From assembly GCA_964016885.1 (NCBI GenBank), contig OZ024740.1, positions 270,258,001 through 270,322,000 on the forward strand: a stretch of DNA of 64,000 nucleotides. The letters run 5' to 3'. Shown in pieces: positions 11,367-23,456 of the stretch (the first letter of the stretch is position 1; each line of letters starts with the position of its first letter). Below the pieces are notes generated by a model. It was not told the DNA's origin and did no database searches. It worked only from the letters and a program-made list of their open reading frames with translations. The translations under genes and the position numbers were made by a program. This DNA comes from Eledone cirrhosa (Eukaryota).

Positions 11367-12010
11367 AAACAATTAAGTTAAAAATGTACATCTACATATG
11401 CATACTGAAATACTAGTGTGTATATGAATATACACACGTATACATATGTAGGTGTAACAAGTCTTTCACTGGTTGCTTTACTGTGAGCAACCCAGCTATT
11501 CTGTATGTAAACACACAGACAAACCGGTTTTTAGAGTCATACTGGTTTTCGGGGGAACACCTTCCTCTATTCTCCAGAAAGCCAGACAAGGAATATTGAA
11601 CTAGTTTCGTTGTTGTTACAACTCATCAGCAATATTTACCTATCTACCGGCCCTTCTGGAGAATTGTAAAAGCACATATCGTTATATGCTTTTTCTATGA
11701 AAATTAGTAGTGGGCAGACTAATTTGCATAGAGTGTGAGTACGCACCGGTTCAGCGGAGACGATAAAAACAAATAACGAAACGAAATTAAATTTCGTTTC
11801 GTTTGTAACTCACTTTTGTATGACTGACGCTTAAACAATTAAGTTAAAAATGTACATCTACATATGCATACTGAAATACTAGTGTGTATATGAATACACA
11901 CACGTATACATATGTAGGTGTAACAAGTCTTTCACTGGTTACTTTACTGTGAGCAACCCAGCTATTCTGTATGTAAACACACAGACAAACCGGTTTTTAG
12001 AGTCATACTG
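11367..12010 (-). mobile_element. Family C non-coding element: 466-bp unit plus partial second copy, with one HHR (retrozyme-like or pseudo-LTR)
   Basis: 11367-11544 is repeated at 11833-12010; flanked by (TA)n; no ORF. Confidence 0.8.
11592..11636 (-). ncRNA. Minimal type I hammerhead ribozyme
   Basis: aatattg-CTGATGA-gttgt aaca acaac-GAAA-c ta g-TT-caatatt; 7-bp stem I; palindromic ACTAGT at stem III. Confidence 0.85.
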
Positions 12011-12691
12011 TTTTTATATATATATATATAGTAATAATAATAAATTTAAAGACTAAAATCCAAAGAGGGCTCGATAAGGATAAATATATATCAAATATAT
12101 AAGAACCGTAGAGCAAACATGAACTTTCAGAGATGAAGCAAAATGTGACAAACACATAACTTACTCCAACAAATGGCTTAGTTGAACGACAGAACTCTAA
12201 ATAAATTAAATTATACACACTGGGTTTCTTGTTTTCATGAAGTGCCATCCGCCCACAAAATAGCAGTTCAATGATCTACCGATCTCTTGCTTTACGTCTC
12301 TATAACCATACACTGAAAGTCTCTGTGTCTCAACTATAATACAGAATCAACGAAGGATATGTGATTTTGATGAAGATAATGTAGTGGAGTGGCAGAGACT
12401 ATGCAATATATTTGGGAGCATTGGAAAGTGTTTGCTAATCCAAGTATTCAGAAATCACAAGCTTAACCAAAATGGGATAACAAAAGCAATCTTATAGTTA
12501 CAAGCCAGATGAGCTAAAAATAATAGGAATCGTGTGAGCAGGTAGAATTATAGTCATTTACTTCCATGGAGATTTCTCATCAAAACTGAAATATAACTAG
12601 CTACAATCATCTGCGTTTCTTACTTTATGTATCATTGACATGTCCACCGTTGAGAATTTTGTTCCATTGAATTTATGTATTTTAATATAGA

Positions 12692-13012
12692 TGCATGGCT
12701 TAGTGGTTAGAATATTGTACTTACAATCACGAGGTTGTGAGTTCGATTCTCAGACCGGGCTTTGCGTTGTGTTCTTAAGCAAGACACATTATTTCACGTT
12801 TCACCAGTTCACTCAGCTTCAGCAATATGTTGAGACGTCACTGTTGCCAAGCTGTATCGGCCTTAGCCTTTCCCTTGCAGAATAACGGTGGTGTGGAGAG
12901 GGGAGACTTGCATGTGCAAACAACCTTGCTTGGAAGTGTGCCCGGAATTGTTCCTCGGAGGGGAATTTTTTAGGTGCAAATCGCATGGTCATTTGGGACC
13001 GAAGGGGGTCTT
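12692..13012 (+). mobile_element. tRNA-derived SINE, family S2
   Basis: A box TGGCTTAGTGG, B box GAGTTCGATTC, then a TGTGTTCTTAAGCAAGACAC core-like block. Confidence 0.7.
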
Positions 13013-13149
13013 TAATATAAATGCATAAGCCATTTGATTTTCTATATGAAGTTAGCTAATGAAAATTGAATCCAAGTGTTCTTGTATTCGATATGCATCT
13101 CTTCAATGAAGTCTCGTCTAGTCAGTTACAATTACAGTTATTTTCAATG

Positions 13150-13620
13150 ATATTGCGTTCAGTCTGGCATTTTTTCTGTCAGATCGCATTACTTGATTCA
13201 CTCGCAACAGAAAACTTTTTGCACTCTTTTCCGAAGTAAAGACGAATACAATTTAAAATTTCGTTTGGTGGAATGATGTTCCTATTGTGGACACTTCCAG
13301 AAAATGATTAAATATTCAGTAAAATAATTTTTCTGGGGCCTCCAAAGAATGAGATCTTTTCCCATCCTAAGGATACCGGATGAAAATTCCAGCTGTGATG
13401 TGTGGTATTCATTGAAGCATGGCTGCTAAGTATAGATTAAACAAGGTGGGAGCAAGAACATCACACCCTTTGGCACCCTGTCTTATCTTTATAAAGGGCT
13501 TTGACAAAAGTTAAGAAACGAAGCAGGCATCCGTGGTGCTTAAAGATCTTATACACAGTCTCACGTGACACTGAATGGAAAGAGTTGAAACGATCACAAC
13601 ATTCTAAATGGAGACACGTC
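13150..13620 (-). pseudogene. Degenerate RTE-like reverse transcriptase fragment
   Basis: Minus strand 13400-13505 reads ..VLAPTLFNLYLAAML; boundaries uncertain. Confidence 0.5.
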
Positions 13621-14189
13621 GTACTTGCTAATCAATAACCATCTATAGAATACAATGTTTTACGTACCATAGGCCGCATTTCGCACTTGATAGAGGATTG
13701 TGAGCACCAACCATTTCAACGGCGAGGCGGTCAATCTTACTTTTCACTTGACCGAGGGCCTCAGTTCCCTCCAATGAACGAACTAGAGTCTGAACGACCA
13801 TTACTTTTAGTAGAAACTTTCTGTTATCTTCTTTTCGTTCTTATAGTCCATAACAATATATTCTCTGATGCTTAATTCCTTTTGACGTCATTTACTCAAT
13901 GTTTAATGTGAAATCCTCTTGAATGTTATAAAGATTGATGCCTTCTCTTTCATTTCTTTTATGATTTCTTTCGTACGATAAGTTCAGTGAAGAAAATTAA
14001 ATTAGACTCAAGTTATGGACAGATCAATATAAAAGAAGAGATAAAACACACGTTTCAACTTTCATCATATACAAAGACATTTTTAATTATAAACCTGAAA
14101 AATATCGAAAGCAATATTTTTTTGGTCGCTAGTTTCTGCACACAATCAAACAGATTTACATATAGAACTACATATATATCATGATCACA

Positions 14190-14370
<181 letters not shown>

Positions 14371-14434
14371 ACCAGAAGGGGTATTTTTCAGAGAGACAAA
14401 GAGACAGAGAGATATCTGTTTAGTATGTTTATTT

Positions 14435-14810
14435 TGTTACGCATGTTTCCTCCAGTAATTAGGTTCAAAACACCTCTCAATTAACTAACCTTATGTAACA
14501 GTACGGTCCGACTTCTTAGGTCTCAGGCTCTTCAGATGTTTTAAAACATCAATATTTTTTTTAAAAGTTAACTTTCTGTTTTCTTTATTTCGTTCATGTT
14601 TATTGACCATTGTAATAAAATTTCTGATACTAAATCCTTCTACAGGCGTCACCTATACTTAACATTTGATTAAACTATCTCTTGAATGCTATAAAGATTG
14701 TTTTAAACAGTTAATGTCTAAATACATCTGAAGAACTAGTGACCTAAAGTAACGTAATTGAGAGCAGTTTTGAGCCTAATCACTGGCGAAACGCCCGTAA
14801 CGGAAAGCTG
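14435..14810 (+). mobile_element. Old inverted pseudo-LTR pair with decayed HHRs (14724-14803 plus strand; 14435-14539 minus strand)
   Basis: acat-CTGAAGA-actagtga...tcactggc-GAAA-c gccc g-TA; the mirror arm has CTGAAGA...GAAA-catgc-GTA. Confidence 0.55.
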
Positions 14811-14983
14811 TAATTTCTTTCTTCTGTAATTAAAACTCTAAAAAGAAGCGAGAAATCGTCTTCTGGTTCGTTACAACTTTCCCTCGAAAACAAATTATAT
14901 CGATCAGTCATGAACGTGGTTTACGAATGTATTAACTGCAATCCAATAAACCAACATATATATATATATATGTATATATATAT

Positions 14984-15162
14984 AACAAAGAAGGTGTGGT
15001 AAGATACCAGGTGGACCATAACGCAGCAGAGTATTCGATACTTAGGGTAGTAGTGTGGGTAATAGGAAAAGAGTCAGGACCCCGACAGCTGAGCTCCGGC
15101 CGTTTCGACAGCTAGATCCGAAACGGTCGGAGCTCAGCCGCGGGGTCCTGACTCTTTTCCTA
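14984..15162 (-). mobile_element. Family A fold-back element (subfamily 2)
   Basis: Tail and arms homologous to 51292-51427. Confidence 0.85.
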
Positions 15163-15369
15163 TGTATATATATATTGTTATATTTGGGGATGGTTACGTT
15201 GTTATAATACTGCAAAAATATATAATAAAACACACTCACTGTTTGGTTCGGGTTGGTTTTCGCTTCAGTATATTTTATATCTCTATAGTTAATTTAGCTG
15301 ACAATCCAAGTTTATCATTGTTTCAACACACGGTTCAATATCAAAAACCTTGCAATACAAATTCATCGC

Positions 15370-15700
<331 letters not shown>

Positions 15701-15871
15701 GAAAGAAAATTTTCGCTCTACATGGCTGAATACAATATATGTAATCTGAGTTTTTCGAATATTAATAATAACATTCGATTCGTTTGCAATGATGCAAACA
15801 AGCCTCAATTTTATAGCCATGTCAGTAGAATGAACCCTTCATTCTTGCTCTTGTGTTGGCATGTAAACAGA

Positions 15872-15917
15872 ACTGCAGACACTAATGTTTCTGGGTATCA
15901 CCCTTCATCAGTACAGC
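15872..15917 (-). ncRNA. Type I hammerhead ribozyme, mirror copy
   Basis: Reverse complement of 16136-16181. Confidence 0.85.
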
Positions 15918-16135
15918 TCACTGTTCACCTGCCAGACTTTTTGAAAATATATGCTATTTTCAAAAATACACAGTGACTGATCGGCCTGATTTGCATATTA
16001 GCAGACTGGCTGATCAGTCAGATCCGCATATTAGCAGATCCACTGATCAGCCAGATTTGCATATCAGGCCGATCAGTCACTGTGTATTTTTGAAAATAGC
16101 ATATATTTTCAAAAAGTTTGGCAGGTGAACAGTGA

Positions 16136-16181
16136 GCTGTACTGATGAAGGGTGATACCCAGAAACATTAGTGTCTGCAGT
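16136..16181 (+). ncRNA. Canonical type I hammerhead ribozyme
   Basis: gctgta-CTGATGA-a gggt gat accc a-GAAA-ca ttag tg-TC-tgcagt; predicted cut after C16175 (GUC). Confidence 0.88.
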
Positions 16182-16438
16182 TCTGTTTACATGCCAAAAC
16201 AAGAACAAGAATGAAGTGTTCATTCTACTGACATGGCTATAAAATTGAGGCTTGTTTGCATAATTGCAAACGAATCGAATGTTATTATTAATATTCGAAA
16301 AACTCAGATTACATTTATTGTATTCAGCCATATAGAGCGAAAATTTTCTTTTTTATTTGAATTTGGCAAAGCCGGCCATTTATCGCTCGTATGCAGGAAA
16401 TGTGACTGGCCAGTCTGCTGATATGCAAATCTGGTAAC

Positions 16439-16488
<50 letters not shown>

Positions 16489-17028
16489 AGTGTAATTTTC
16501 TACACAAAACGAAGGTTATAGAGAAAATTGAGGTTGGTAATGGCACATGGAATATATAAGAGACAGAATACTTTTTTGTGAAAAAACATATTTTTATAAG
16601 GTAAGGAAATAATAAAGGGTATAAAAAAATGACCGGTTTCGATGGGTCTGCAAAAGCCATCTTTTCAAATGTTGATTAATATTAAGAAAAATTAATAATA
16701 CGAAGAGTTAAAATTTGAGACTTGAAAATTCAAGTATAAAATTCATTGTGGGATTTCATAGCAGTTTTCATCTAAGTAGCAACAACAGGTTGACTGCTGT
16801 GTCCCTTTCTGGTAGTGAATGAGAAGTTATTTGGGGTGTGGGTTATTTTATAAAGGTCAGATTTAGCAATCACCAACTGGCCAGCTGCTGGTCAGTGAGG
16901 GGTGGAAGCAATATACATACACATATCTTCCTGTGATGGGTAGGAGAGTGGAGCGTGATAGAAAGGGATTTAGTGCACTTACACCTATATATACACACAT
17001 ACCTTCATCCACACATACATACATATAC

Positions 17029-17071
<43 letters not shown>

Positions 17072-17138
17072 CACACATACATACACACACACATACATAT
17101 ACATACACACACACACACACACACACATATATACACAT

Positions 17139-17189
<51 letters not shown>

Positions 17190-17228
17190 TATATATACAT
17201 ACACATACATCCAGATACACACATACAT

Positions 17229-17259
<31 letters not shown>

Positions 17260-17262
17260 CAC

Positions 17263-17300
<38 letters not shown>

Positions 17301-17468
17301 CCCCACACATACATACACACACACACACATATATATATACATACACACATACAAACATACACACACACACACATATATATACACACATACACACACATAT
17401 ATATACACACACACACACACACACGCATATATATATATATATACACATACGCATACATCCAGATACCC

Positions 17469-17499
<31 letters not shown>

Positions 17500-17699
17500 C
17501 AATACATACATCCACATGCACACACATACACACACACACACATATACACATACATACACCCACACACAGAGAAATGGCCTTCAAATATATATATATATAT
17601 ATATACATACAGACACATATATTTTTTCCATAATATAAGAAGTTGAGGCAGTGAAATTAAAATACAAGTCATTCTGATCACATTGAGTTCTTCATGTAG

Positions 17700-19730
17700 A
17701 AGGGAAGAAATAAAGCACTGGACACGTACTGCGAACACATCACCAACTTTCCCTATGAAAAAATTACAAATAAACACACGAAATCAAACCTATCTACACA
17801 CGAATGGGAAGAATTATTCACACTTAGAAACAACCCTGAGATAACTATCAAAGAAGCCGATAAAGGCAGTACTGTTGTCATTATGAATACGGACTACTAT
17901 AGGACCCTCGCACTTAACATTTTAGAAAACAACACATACTATGAAAAAACAGAAAACTACAAACACACCAAAACAATGGGGAACCTTTTGACCTTACTGA
18001 ATAAATACCGCAACAGCTTAACCACAAAAGAGTTTAACTATATAAGCCACTTCAAATGCAATACAAGCTCTTTTTACGGCTTACCGAAACTTCACAAATG
18101 TAAACCCATAAACGATGCATGTGACACCTCAACCAACAATTACATTGAACTAACACCACCAGAAGACCTAAAACTCAGGCCAATTATAGCAGGCCCTACA
18201 TGTGAAACCCACAGACTTAGCAACTTTCTGGACATCCTACTGAAACCCTTTCTACAACATATACAGAGCTACATACGAGATGACCTTGACATGCTGAAAC
18301 ACCTCCCTAAAACAGTAAGTGCAAATACAATTCTTGTCTCCTTTGACGTAATAAACCTCTACACAAACATACCTCACAACTATGGAATAACAGCAGTCCA
18401 ATACTGGCTTAACACACACCCATCAGAAATACCGACACGCATCAACACAGATTTTATCACTGACGGACTCCGCTTTATCCTACAAAATAACTACTTCACA
18501 TTCAATGGTTCAACATACAGACAAGTATCAGGTACGGCAATGGGCACGAAAGTAGCACCCACATATGCCAACCTAGTCATGGGATTCCATGAACAACAAA
18601 TATACAGTCAGTCCCTTCTCTTATTTGGAGACTCTTTCCACACACACCTCAAAGCCAATTGGAAAAGATATCTAGACGACTGCTTTATCCTATGGCAAGA
18701 AGACATGAACTCACTTACTACGTTTAAAAACATGATAAACAACATAGATAATAACATACAATTCACAATGGAATCCAATCCTAAGGAATTAGCCTTCTTG
18801 GATATTCTCATCTCTGTAATAGACGGGAAATTAGATACAGATATATTCTATAAACCCACAGATTCCAAGCAATACCTCTTTTTCACATCAAGTCACCCAA
18901 AACATACAAAACTTAACATTCCTTACAATTTGGCCAAACGTATATGTACCATAGTATCAGATCCACCTAAACGGGAGCAAAGACTAAAGGAACTAAAAGA
19001 CACCCTTATCTTAAGAGCCTTTCCACTTGAAATAATCAACAATGGAATAGACAGGGCAAAACACCTAAATCCCCATCAACTTAACAATCCAAAACAGAAA
19101 ACCACACTCAACACCCTGCCATATGTATCCACTTTCAACCCCAGAAATACCGAAATGTTTGATCACCTACACAAAAACCTCCCCATCCTACTTAAAGATG
19201 TAAAAATGAAGTCTATTCTTGAAACACACAAGATCCTTAAAAGTAAAAGACAACCCAAATCACTTAAACGCATTCTCACTGGACCAAATATACCCAAACC
19301 AATCCTCAACCCTACAGTTACCAAATGTGGTAGAACAAACTGTGGAACGTGCCTCTACCTCACTGAAGGACAAACATTTACATTCAAAGATGGCCAAACA
19401 TTTACAGTAAAAAACAATTTCACCTGCAACTCGGAGAACTTGATTTACGCAATAACTTGCGGTGGGTGCAAACACAACTACATAGGACAGACGGGCACCT
19501 CATTACGCAAAAGAATGACCATCCACCGCCAGCAAATCCGGGACGCTAACACAAGAAAAATGCCCTTGAGCAGCCATATTGCGAACTGCGCAGGAATGAC
19601 ACTACCCAACTTTAAAATCTTCCCCTTCTACAAGTGCTCAGATTCGTTCACACAACAACAAAGAATAAACAAAGAAAATCTATTCCTTAACAAATTTAAA
19701 CCAAAACTAAACGGGTTATCACCCCAATAG
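17700..19730 (+). CDS. Penelope-type reverse transcriptase / GIY-YIG endonuclease (first ATG at 17883; frame open from the truncation junction)
   Basis: IKEADKGSTVVIM, YGLPKLHK, RPII, SFDVINLYTNI, GTAMGT, RYLDDCF, FLD, CGRTNCGTC, NLIYAITC, YIGQT; no stop codon between 17700 and 19727. Confidence 0.95.
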   Translation, partial: KGRNKALDTYCEHITNFPYEKITNKHTKSNLSTHEWEELFTLRNNPEITIKEADKGSTVVIMNTDYYRTLALNILENNTYYEKTENYKHTKTMGNLLTLLNKYRNSLTTKEFNYISHFKCNTSSFYGLPKLHKCKPINDACDTSTNNYIELTPPEDLKLRPIIAGPTCETHRLSNFLDILLKPFLQHIQSYIRDDLDMLKHLPKTVSANTILVSFDVINLYTNIPHNYGITAVQYWLNTHPSEIPTRINTDFITDGLRFILQNNYFTFNGSTYRQVSGTAMGTKVAPTYANLVMGFHEQQIYSQSLLLFGDSFHTHLKANWKRYLDDCFILWQEDMNSLTTFKNMINNIDNNIQFTMESNPKELAFLDILISVIDGKLDTDIFYKPTDSKQYLFFTSSHPKHTKLNIPYNLAKRICTIVSDPPKREQRLKELKDTLILRAFPLEIINNGIDRAKHLNPHQLNNPKQKTTLNTLPYVSTFNPRNTEMFDHLHKNLPILLKDVKMKSILETHKILKSKRQPKSLKRILTGPNIPKPILNPTVTKCGRTNCGTCLYLTEGQTFTFKDGQTFTVKNNFTCNSENLIYAITCGGCKHNYIGQTGTSLRKRMTIHRQQIRDANTRKMPLSSHIANCAGMTLPNFKIFPFYKCSDSFTQQQRINKENLFLNKFKPKLNGLSPQ

Positions 19731-20201
19731 AATTGTCATAAAATATAAACACACATACGCACGGAATCACTACTATTAAAGACCAGAGACCAATTCTGTA
19801 GAATCAGGTTTATTCATTGACAGACCATGCCTTTGTGTGACCAACACATCCATGTTAAACCCTGCACGTGCACACACATATATCTATATATATATGCGCA
19901 CACAGAATTCACCACTGTCGGTTGCGGGGCCCAATCTACATGAAGAACTCAATGTGATCAGAATGACTTGTATTTTAATTTCACTGCCCCAACTTCTTAT
20001 ATTATGGAAAAAATATATGTGTCTGTATGTATATATATATATATATATGCGTGTGTGTGTGTGTATATATATATGTGTGTGTATGTGTGTATATATATGT
20101 GTGTGTGTGTGTATGTTTGTATGTGTGTATGTATATATATATATGTGTGTGTGTGTATGTATGTGTGGGGGTGTGTGTATATATATATATATATATATGT
20201 G

Positions 20202-20232
<31 letters not shown>

Positions 20233-20377
20233 ATGTATATGTGTATCTGGATGTATGTGTATGTATATATATGTGTGTGTGTGTGTATATATATATATAT
20301 GTGTGTGTGTGTATGTGTATATATGTGTGTGTGTGTATGTGTGTATGTATATGTATGTGTGTGTGTATGTATGTGTG

Positions 20378-20418
<41 letters not shown>

Positions 20419-20777
20419 GTATATGTATGTATGTGTGGATGAAGGTATGTGTGTGTATATATAGGTGTAAGTGCACTAAATCCCTTTCTATCACGCTCCA
20501 CTCTCCTACCCATCACAGGAAGATATATGTATGTATATTGCTTCCACCCCCTCACTGACCAGCAGCTGGCCAGTTGGTGATTGCTAAATCTGACCTTTAT
20601 AAAATAACCCACACCCCCAAATAACTTCTCATTCACTACCAGAAAGGGACACAGCAGTCAATCTGTTGTTGCTACCTAGATGAAAACTGCTATAAAATCC
20701 CACAATGAATTTTATACTTGAATTTTCAAGTCTCAAATTTTAACTCTTCGTATTATTAATTTTTCTTAATATTAATC

Positions 20778-20825
20778 AACATTTGAAAAGATGGCTTTTG
20801 CAGACCCATCGAAACCGGTCATTTT
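20778..20825 (+). ncRNA. Minimal hammerhead ribozyme with U3-A8 core variant (mirror copy at 16626-16673, minus strand)
   Basis: aacat-TTGAAAA-gatgg..ccatc-GAAA-c cg g-TC-atttt; palindromic ACCGGT at stem III; identical in both pseudo-LTRs. Confidence 0.7.
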
Positions 20826-20922
20826 TTATACCCTTTATTATTTCCTTACCTTATAAAATTATGTTTTTTCACAAAAAAGTATTCTGTCTCTTATATATTC
20901 CATGTGCCATTACCAACCTCAA

Positions 20923-20996
<74 letters not shown>

Positions 20997-21000
<4 letters not shown>

Positions 21001-21450
21001 ACAAATAACGAAACGAAATTAAATTTCGTTTCGTTTGTAACTCACTTTTGTATGACTGACGCTTAAACAATTAAGTTAAAAATGTACATCCACATATGTA
21101 TACTGAAATACTAGTATGCATATGAATACACACACGTATACATATGTAGATGTACCGAGTTTTTCACTGGCCACTTTACTGTGAGTGTCCAGCTATTCTG
21201 TATGTAAACACACAGACAAACCGGTTTTTCCTTGTCTGGCTTTCTGGAGAATAGAGGAAAGGTGTTTCCTCAAAAACCAGTATGACTCTAAAAACCGGTT
21301 TGTCTGTGTGTTTACATACAGAATAGCTGGACACTCACAGTAAAGTGACCAGTGAAAAACTCGGTACATCTACATATGTATACGTGTGTGTATTCATATG
21401 CATACTAGTATTTCAGTATACATATGTGGATGTACATTTTTAACTTAATT

Positions 21451-21454
<4 letters not shown>
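20997..21454 (+). mobile_element. Family C copy in fold-back form
   Basis: 21065-21229 is inverted at 21290-21454; homologous to 11367-12010. Confidence 0.85.
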
Positions 21455-21500
<46 letters not shown>

Positions 21501-21508
<8 letters not shown>

Positions 21509-22273
21509 GATCGAGTATCGAAAAATCGGCGCACGAGTTCACGATAAACAAGATTCGAAATGAGCGGCAGAGGGCTCAATAATTCAGATGAATTAGAGCT
21601 ATAACTATCGTTAAAATACCGTCACATATAGAACAAGTCTACAATCAACCATACGATAAAAAATCGATAAAGGAAGATTCGGGACAAACAGATAAAAAAT
21701 ATCAATAAAACAATACGTCAATAATTTAAATGAATGTAAAATCATACCCGGACCCACTAGACAGGTGTTAAATCTAGCTTCATGGGTTTCTGTAAATCCT
21801 TAGACTGTACTCTATCAGCTCACATATAAATATAAAAGCCTACTAGAGCAAGCGGAACGGAGTTTTACTTTCTCAACGAGCTTTTTTCCTGGCGGTAGAG
21901 GGGCCAACTACCAGTGAAAAACGCACATGGCATTAGACAAGGGAGATAACCCCTATATCCGCGAAAAATTCGAGGGAATGTGGAAATACACATATCGAAT
22001 TAGAGTGCTCAATAGACATGTTAAAATAAAACAAAAGCTATTCATCACTCAATAGAATCGACAAAAAATGAGCAATAAAATTAACTGGTGGATAGCTATG
22101 TCCAGAGCTAAATATATTAGAAAGATCGAGTATCGAAAAATCGGCGCACGAGTTCACGATAAACAAGATTCGAAATGAGCGGCAGAGGGCTCAATAATTC
22201 AGATGAATTAGAGCTATAACTATCGTTAAAATACCGTCACATATAGAACAAGTCTACAATCAACCATACGATA

Positions 22274-22278
<5 letters not shown>
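21501..22278. mobile_element. Non-coding element: 615-bp unit with about 160-bp apparently identical direct repeats, in (TA)n
   Basis: 21501-21663 is repeated at 22116-22278. Confidence 0.75.
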
Positions 22279-22339
<61 letters not shown>

Positions 22340-22633
22340 CTGTTAGTGTGAAGAGCAAATAGACAAAAATTGCTTAATTTTCTTCCGTAATTAGGGAATG
22401 TATACATACATGCGTGCATGGAGGCAAAGTAAAAAACGGAAGCATGTCAGAATACTGTAAACACCGAGAATATTAGTTTACATTTCAGATATGAGAGAAA
22501 TTCAGTGCAGAAAGTCAGACAAAGAGACATTTAGAAAATTAGGGGCTACATGGTTGCTAAGGCAGCTATTGTGAAAGAAGATCTAGAAAAAAGGAAAATA
22601 CGTTAGTAGCATGGGAACTAAGTAGTGTAATGA

Positions 22634-23456
22634 TGTTTCTACTTTTGGCACAAGGACAGCAATTACCTCAATGCATTACTGGTACTTTATTTTATCGACC
22701 TCGTAAGGATGAAAGGCAAAGTTAACCTCGGCGAGATTTGAACTCAGAACGTAAAGGGTCATAACTCTATGCCGCAAAGCATGCTGTCTGACGCTCTACC
22801 GTTATAGCTAAAACACCGCCTTAAGTAAAGTAATAATGGTTTCTTATATAGGCACAAGGCCAGCAATTTTGTGAGAGGGGAAAGTCGATTAAATCGACCC
22901 CAGTACGTGACTGTTACTTATTTTATCGACCCCCTAAGGATGAAAGGCAAAGTTAACCTCGGCGGCATTTGAACTCAGATCGTTAAGGGCCGTAACTCTA
23001 TGCTGGGAAGCACGGTGTCTGACCCCCTACCATTACTGCCTAACCACCACCCTAAGTAAAGTAATAATTGTTTCTACTTTAGGCATAAGGCCAGCAATTA
23101 ATCAGTACATTACTGGTATATTTTATCGACCCCGTAAGGATGAAAGGCAAAGTCAACCTCGGCGGGATTTGAACTCAGATCGTAAAGGGACGTAACTATG
23201 CTGGAAAGCATGGCGTCCGACCCTCTAGCGATACTGCCATGGTTTCTTATATAGGCACAAGGTCAGAAATTTTGGGAGAGGGGAAAGTCGATTAAATCGA
23301 CCCCAGTTCGTGACTGGTACTTTATTTTATCGACCCCGTAAGGATGAAAGGCAAAGTTAACCTAGGCGGGATTTGAACTCGGATCATAAAGGGCTGTAAC
23401 TCTATGCTGCAAAGCATGGTGTCTGACGCTCTACCGATACTGCCAATCCACCGCCC
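22634..23456 (-). mobile_element. Head-to-tail array of four S1 SINEs
   Basis: Four copies of TCGACC(C/T)C(G/C)TAAGGATGAAAGGCAAAG..TTTGAACTC; spacer TAAGTAAAGTAATAAT recurs. Confidence 0.9.

Larger units (their letters stand above)
15702..16438 (+). mobile_element. Family D fold-back element: about 300-bp inverted arms plus about 90-bp tail, two HHRs
   Basis: 15702-16000 is the reverse complement of about 16053-16350 (the ORF track shows near-identical mirror peptides); sits between TA runs. Confidence 0.85.
16485..20929 (+). mobile_element. Penelope-like retroelement, 5'-truncated, with inverted pseudo-LTRs (16485-17700 and 19935-20929)
   Basis: RT + GIY-YIG ORF flanked by about 1-1.2 kb inverted repeats; (TA)n outside both ends. 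Confidence 0.93.

Noticed and set aside
15722-16331. Two mirror-image 84-aa ORFs
   Set aside because: A consequence of the inverted repeat; non-ATG starts and no coding signature.
22634-23456. Repeat-spacer pattern superficially like a CRISPR array or tRNA cluster
   Set aside because: Units are about 200-bp SINEs in eukaryotic DNA, with no full cloverleaf and no cas genes.
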